DNA of 63,392 bases, counting the filler, from Lenisia limosa (lineage: Eukaryota; Protista; Breviatea): NCBI GenBank assembly GCA_001655205.1. It is 14 parts of 14 records of this genome, joined end to end, with 100 filler letters (N's around TTAATTAATTAA, not from the genome) between each part and the next. Parts side by side here need not be neighbours in the genome. Positions count along the whole stretch, not along the records: positions 60,246 to 63,392 come from LPNZ01001316.1; 13 more parts are not named here. One strand, written 5' to 3'. Position 1 is the first letter of the stretch. Each line of letters begins with the position of its first letter. The position numbers and the translations under genes are program-made. Below the pieces are notes generated by a model, which was not told where the DNA came from, did not search any database, and saw nothing but the letters and a program-made list of their open reading frames with translations. This document shows positions 60,146 through 63,392 of this stretch, in pieces.

Positions 60146-60331
60146 NNNNNNNNNNNNNNNNNNNNNNNNNNNNNNNNNNNNNNNNNNNNTTAATTAATTA
60201 ANNNNNNNNNNNNNNNNNNNNNNNNNNNNNNNNNNNNNNNNNNNNTGTTTGTATCGCTTGTTTTTTTTTTGTTTGTTTACGCCAATATTCTTCATCGAAA
60301 TTTCCTTCGTTTTAACCCCACCTCTCCCCAG

Positions 60332-60997
60332 GAATGCAGCTGCACAGAACAACGTGGCATTGACGTTCTTCGAGAGAGATGCTTTTTCAGAGGCTGTCGG
60401 CTTTTTCACTAATGCGCTGCAGGTGGGGGGAGGGGTAAGATGGGCATAGTAGGAAGAGGATCAAAATAATATATGAGGGGGGTTGTATGTCTTTCGTCAA
60501 TATGTTTGGCTTGTGCTACTGCTTCTTATTGTCTAAGGAATTGTTGTTTATGCGAGTGAATTGTAAACGAAAGATTGAGGTACAATTTCGTTAGATCCTT
60601 GATCACCAATTTAATGAAACTCTGATCCACTTGGATTGAACCCTCGTATTATTTCCGTTCATCATAATGACCATATCACAGTGGTGGATATGGCAAACAT
60701 ATACATACAAAGATGACGGAACTCCAGGTGGAAGCCAGTAACCATCTGTATCTCAACAACCGAGGCTTGGCGCGATACCGTCTCGATGACTTCGCTGAGG
60801 CCGTGGAGGACTTTTCCAGGGTGGGGGTCATTGTAGTATAAGGAGGACTTTTTTTTATCATTAACGTTTCTTTCAAATGACTTGGTTTGTGTTTGTTTGG
60901 TTGTTTTAACCTGTATATGGTTCTCAAATGTTTTGCCAACAGAGCTTTTTAGAGGGGTTTGTGCTTCATAAATTGTCCTCTGTTGCTTCTATCTCTG

Positions 60998-61032
<35 letters not shown>

Positions 61033-62271
61033 TTCTATAAATATATATATATATATCTCTCTCTCTCTCTATCCAACTCACACTCCAGGCCATCCGATTT
61101 GATGTAAACGCAGACTATTACCTCAATAGAGGAAATGCGTACAGGGCACTGGGGGTAGGCAGGATTGCGTTTGACAGAGGGTAGGTAAATGAACAGAGAG
61201 CCACCATGTGTTTTCGTATGTTGATTGATCAGAAAATACGTCGTCTAAAGGATATAACAATGGAATCCTACTTACCCCCTGATAGTATTCAAAAGAAATT
61301 TATTTGAATTATCCTTGCACCCTCACACTACAGTGTCTAATACCCCCCCCCCCNNNNNNNNNNNNNNNNNNNNNNNNNNNNNNNNNNNNNNNNNNNNNNN
61401 NNCTATTCGTCTGGCAGGAGACTTGCCCATATACCACCATTCTAAGGGTCTCACGTTTCTGAAGTTAAAGGGTAGGTTGCTGAAACCTGTCATTGTAGCG
61501 AAAACATACCAACACCCCTCCCATCGTTGTGTTTTTTTTTTTTTTTCAATCCAAGTGTGTGTCAAATTTAGCCCTAACAGAGTTGTTTTCTGGGTGTGGG
61601 TCCAAAATTTTACATTTTTACTACTCTCCCTGCCCCTATCTCTGATTTGTTTGTTTGGTGATCTTACCACACACATAATTACACATATTTGTCTTCACCG
61701 TATTGTTAATTTTGGCCATGTAACCGTTAGGAACATCCCAACATTTTCGTTAAAGATGAAGCCCTTGATTATTTTGTTTTCAATTCGTTCTTGTATTTCT
61801 CACCCCCTCCCCCCAGATTTCGAGTCCGCCATTCAGAGTTTCCAGCTAGTGCTCGAGGCGGACCCCTCGTATACCCCAGCTTTATACCACCTTGGACAGG
61901 CGTTCCACACCACTGGTATGAAGAGAGGAACCTGTATCTGATAATCGAAAAACAAAGAATATCAGAAGAACCAATATAATATCGTTATCAATGACCGCTA
62001 CCCCAATCTAGCTGTGTGGAAAACAGTACGATACATGATGTTTGTTTAAATGGAAGAGCAGGGTGAAATATGAATGCTATCCATAACCCGTGACGGTGAA
62101 CGATTCAGCGTTAGACGATGTTGTGCTAGTTTTATTATTACGAGATGGGAGAGAGAGTTGTTTTTTTTTTTCGAATATAATATTACATGCATACAATATC
62201 CTTGACGGATTACTTCTGATTTCCCAGGTGAATTGCAGCGCGGCCTGGCGTGTTTGAGTGAGGTTGTAAGG
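60332..62271 (+). CDS. Tetratricopeptide-repeat protein fragment
   Basis: AAAQNNVALTFFERDAFSEAVGFFTNALQ|VEASNHLYLNNRGLARYRLDDFAEAVEDFSR|AIRFDVNADYYLNRGNAYRALG..DFESAIQSFQLVLEADPSYTPALYHLGQAF are typical TPR consensus. Confidence 0.85.
60995..61072. repeat. (CT)n/(TA)n microsatellite in an intron
   Basis: CTCTCTCT... and ATATATAT runs. Confidence 0.9.
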
Positions 62272-62579
62272 TATGATGGGTCTTTACCGTTACTGCATCC
62301 TCCAACTGCTTTATCGATTCATCAAACACCGCTGACATGCATACAACTCCCTTCGATAAATTAAACCCTCCCAAGAAAAAAAAAGAAAGAAAAAAACGGG
62401 CCTTGATAGTAAAATCAAGACCAAATTGAAAACAAAAAAAAACCCAAACATGTCATTATTGACTACTGTATGGGGAAGTAGTTCCTGATAGTTGTATGGA
62501 TAAACCCAAAAGGATAAGGTATCAAGCCAACACGCTGTCTCATGCAAAGATCAGTAAAAATTCAAGTCAACTGGTTTAC

Positions 62580-63110
62580 TTACACAGAGAGCAGTGGAAT
62601 TGCTGATAGGCTGCAACACATCCGGGCCCCGAAGCAGTGGCAAGACTTTGGAAATCGATATGGTGGTACCCAATTAGAGTAAATCCCCCTCAAAAAATAT
62701 ACGAAAGATCAGTCCTTGTAAGCCGATGCGGTCGAGGATGCGCTTCCTCTGACGTCATCGCGGAGAGGGGCGTTGAAGGACTGACCATTGGACACGACAG
62801 ATGACGGTACTCGGTCGGCTCGGGAGTCGCACTCTGACGAGCAACAAGGTAGCGCATCAAGATGGCCGAGTCATCCTGAATATGTTTAGCTGATTGACAT
62901 CTCGGCCCTTTAAGCCTCTAACGAGTCCCTCCGGTCGATCCTGAAAGCTGGTGTCGAGGCCAAGAGCACTATGAAGGTTGAAAATAGGCAAAAAGAGAAT
63001 AATTATCTATGAGCGGATAAATGGCATTCATTTCTTCTTCGCTGTAGGTACACGTTGTCAAACGATCGTCATGAACTTCGATGAATACTGAAAAAAATTG
63101 AAAAATAGTA
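62580..63110 (-). CDS. 3' exons of a hypothetical gene convergent on the TPR gene
   Basis: Open segments FIEVHDDRLTTCTYSEEEMNAIYPL and DDSAILMRYLVARQSATPEPTEYRHL. Confidence 0.3.
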
Positions 63111-63392
63111 TTATTTTTGGGTAGATTTATCAAGAAATTATGGAAAATCCAAGTGCATAATACAAGTACCACCTGTGTTGCTTAGAAAACCTGCGTCTAT
63201 CTATTACTTTCATCTGTTTCTTCTTGATTTATGGATATTTTGACGTTTTTGTCATTACATCGCCCCTACCCCATCTTTAATGTCCAACATATATTTAAAT
63301 TTGTTTTTTTATATAATAATTATTCATACTCATAATATTTTAGCTGGAGTGATGGGATGTGGTGCTGCAGAAGCGACTGGGCTGGGTGTTTG

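Noticed and set aside
16065-60245. Thirteen identical TTAATTAATTAA palindromes as a biological repeat or recombination site
   Set aside because: Always centred in exactly 100 nt with 44 N each side and encodes stops in all six frames: an assembly linker.

Overview
Eukaryotic, intron-rich, gappy draft DNA from an unidentified flagellated protist (amoebozoan-like repertoire is an inference). It is not one locus: 14 unrelated contigs are joined by an artificial 100-nt spacer (N44-TTAATTAATTAA-N44, 13 times). Most of the supplied ORF track is spurious because genes are split into short GT-AG exons. By splicing exons by eye I recover a membrane-anchored pappalysin-like M43 protease with two LNR modules, a tail-anchored hypothetical protein, a FERM protein, a NICE-3/C1orf43 homolog, an ARHGAP1-like BCH+RhoGAP, an S53 sedolisin, CFAP47-like and HYDIN-like axonemal fragments, a probable circularly permuted Ras (cpRAS), an eIF2B gamma/epsilon-like gene, two tandem secreted LamG proteins and a TPR protein. 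The non-coding fraction holds the more unusual signals: an interspersed ~150-bp repeat family that usually forms the 3' end (branch point, C-tract, AG) of introns, several MITE families (TA, TTAA and CACTA-type ends), and an isolated intergenic 45-bp-stem hairpin. All exon structures and family calls come from reading and motif recall, not database searches.
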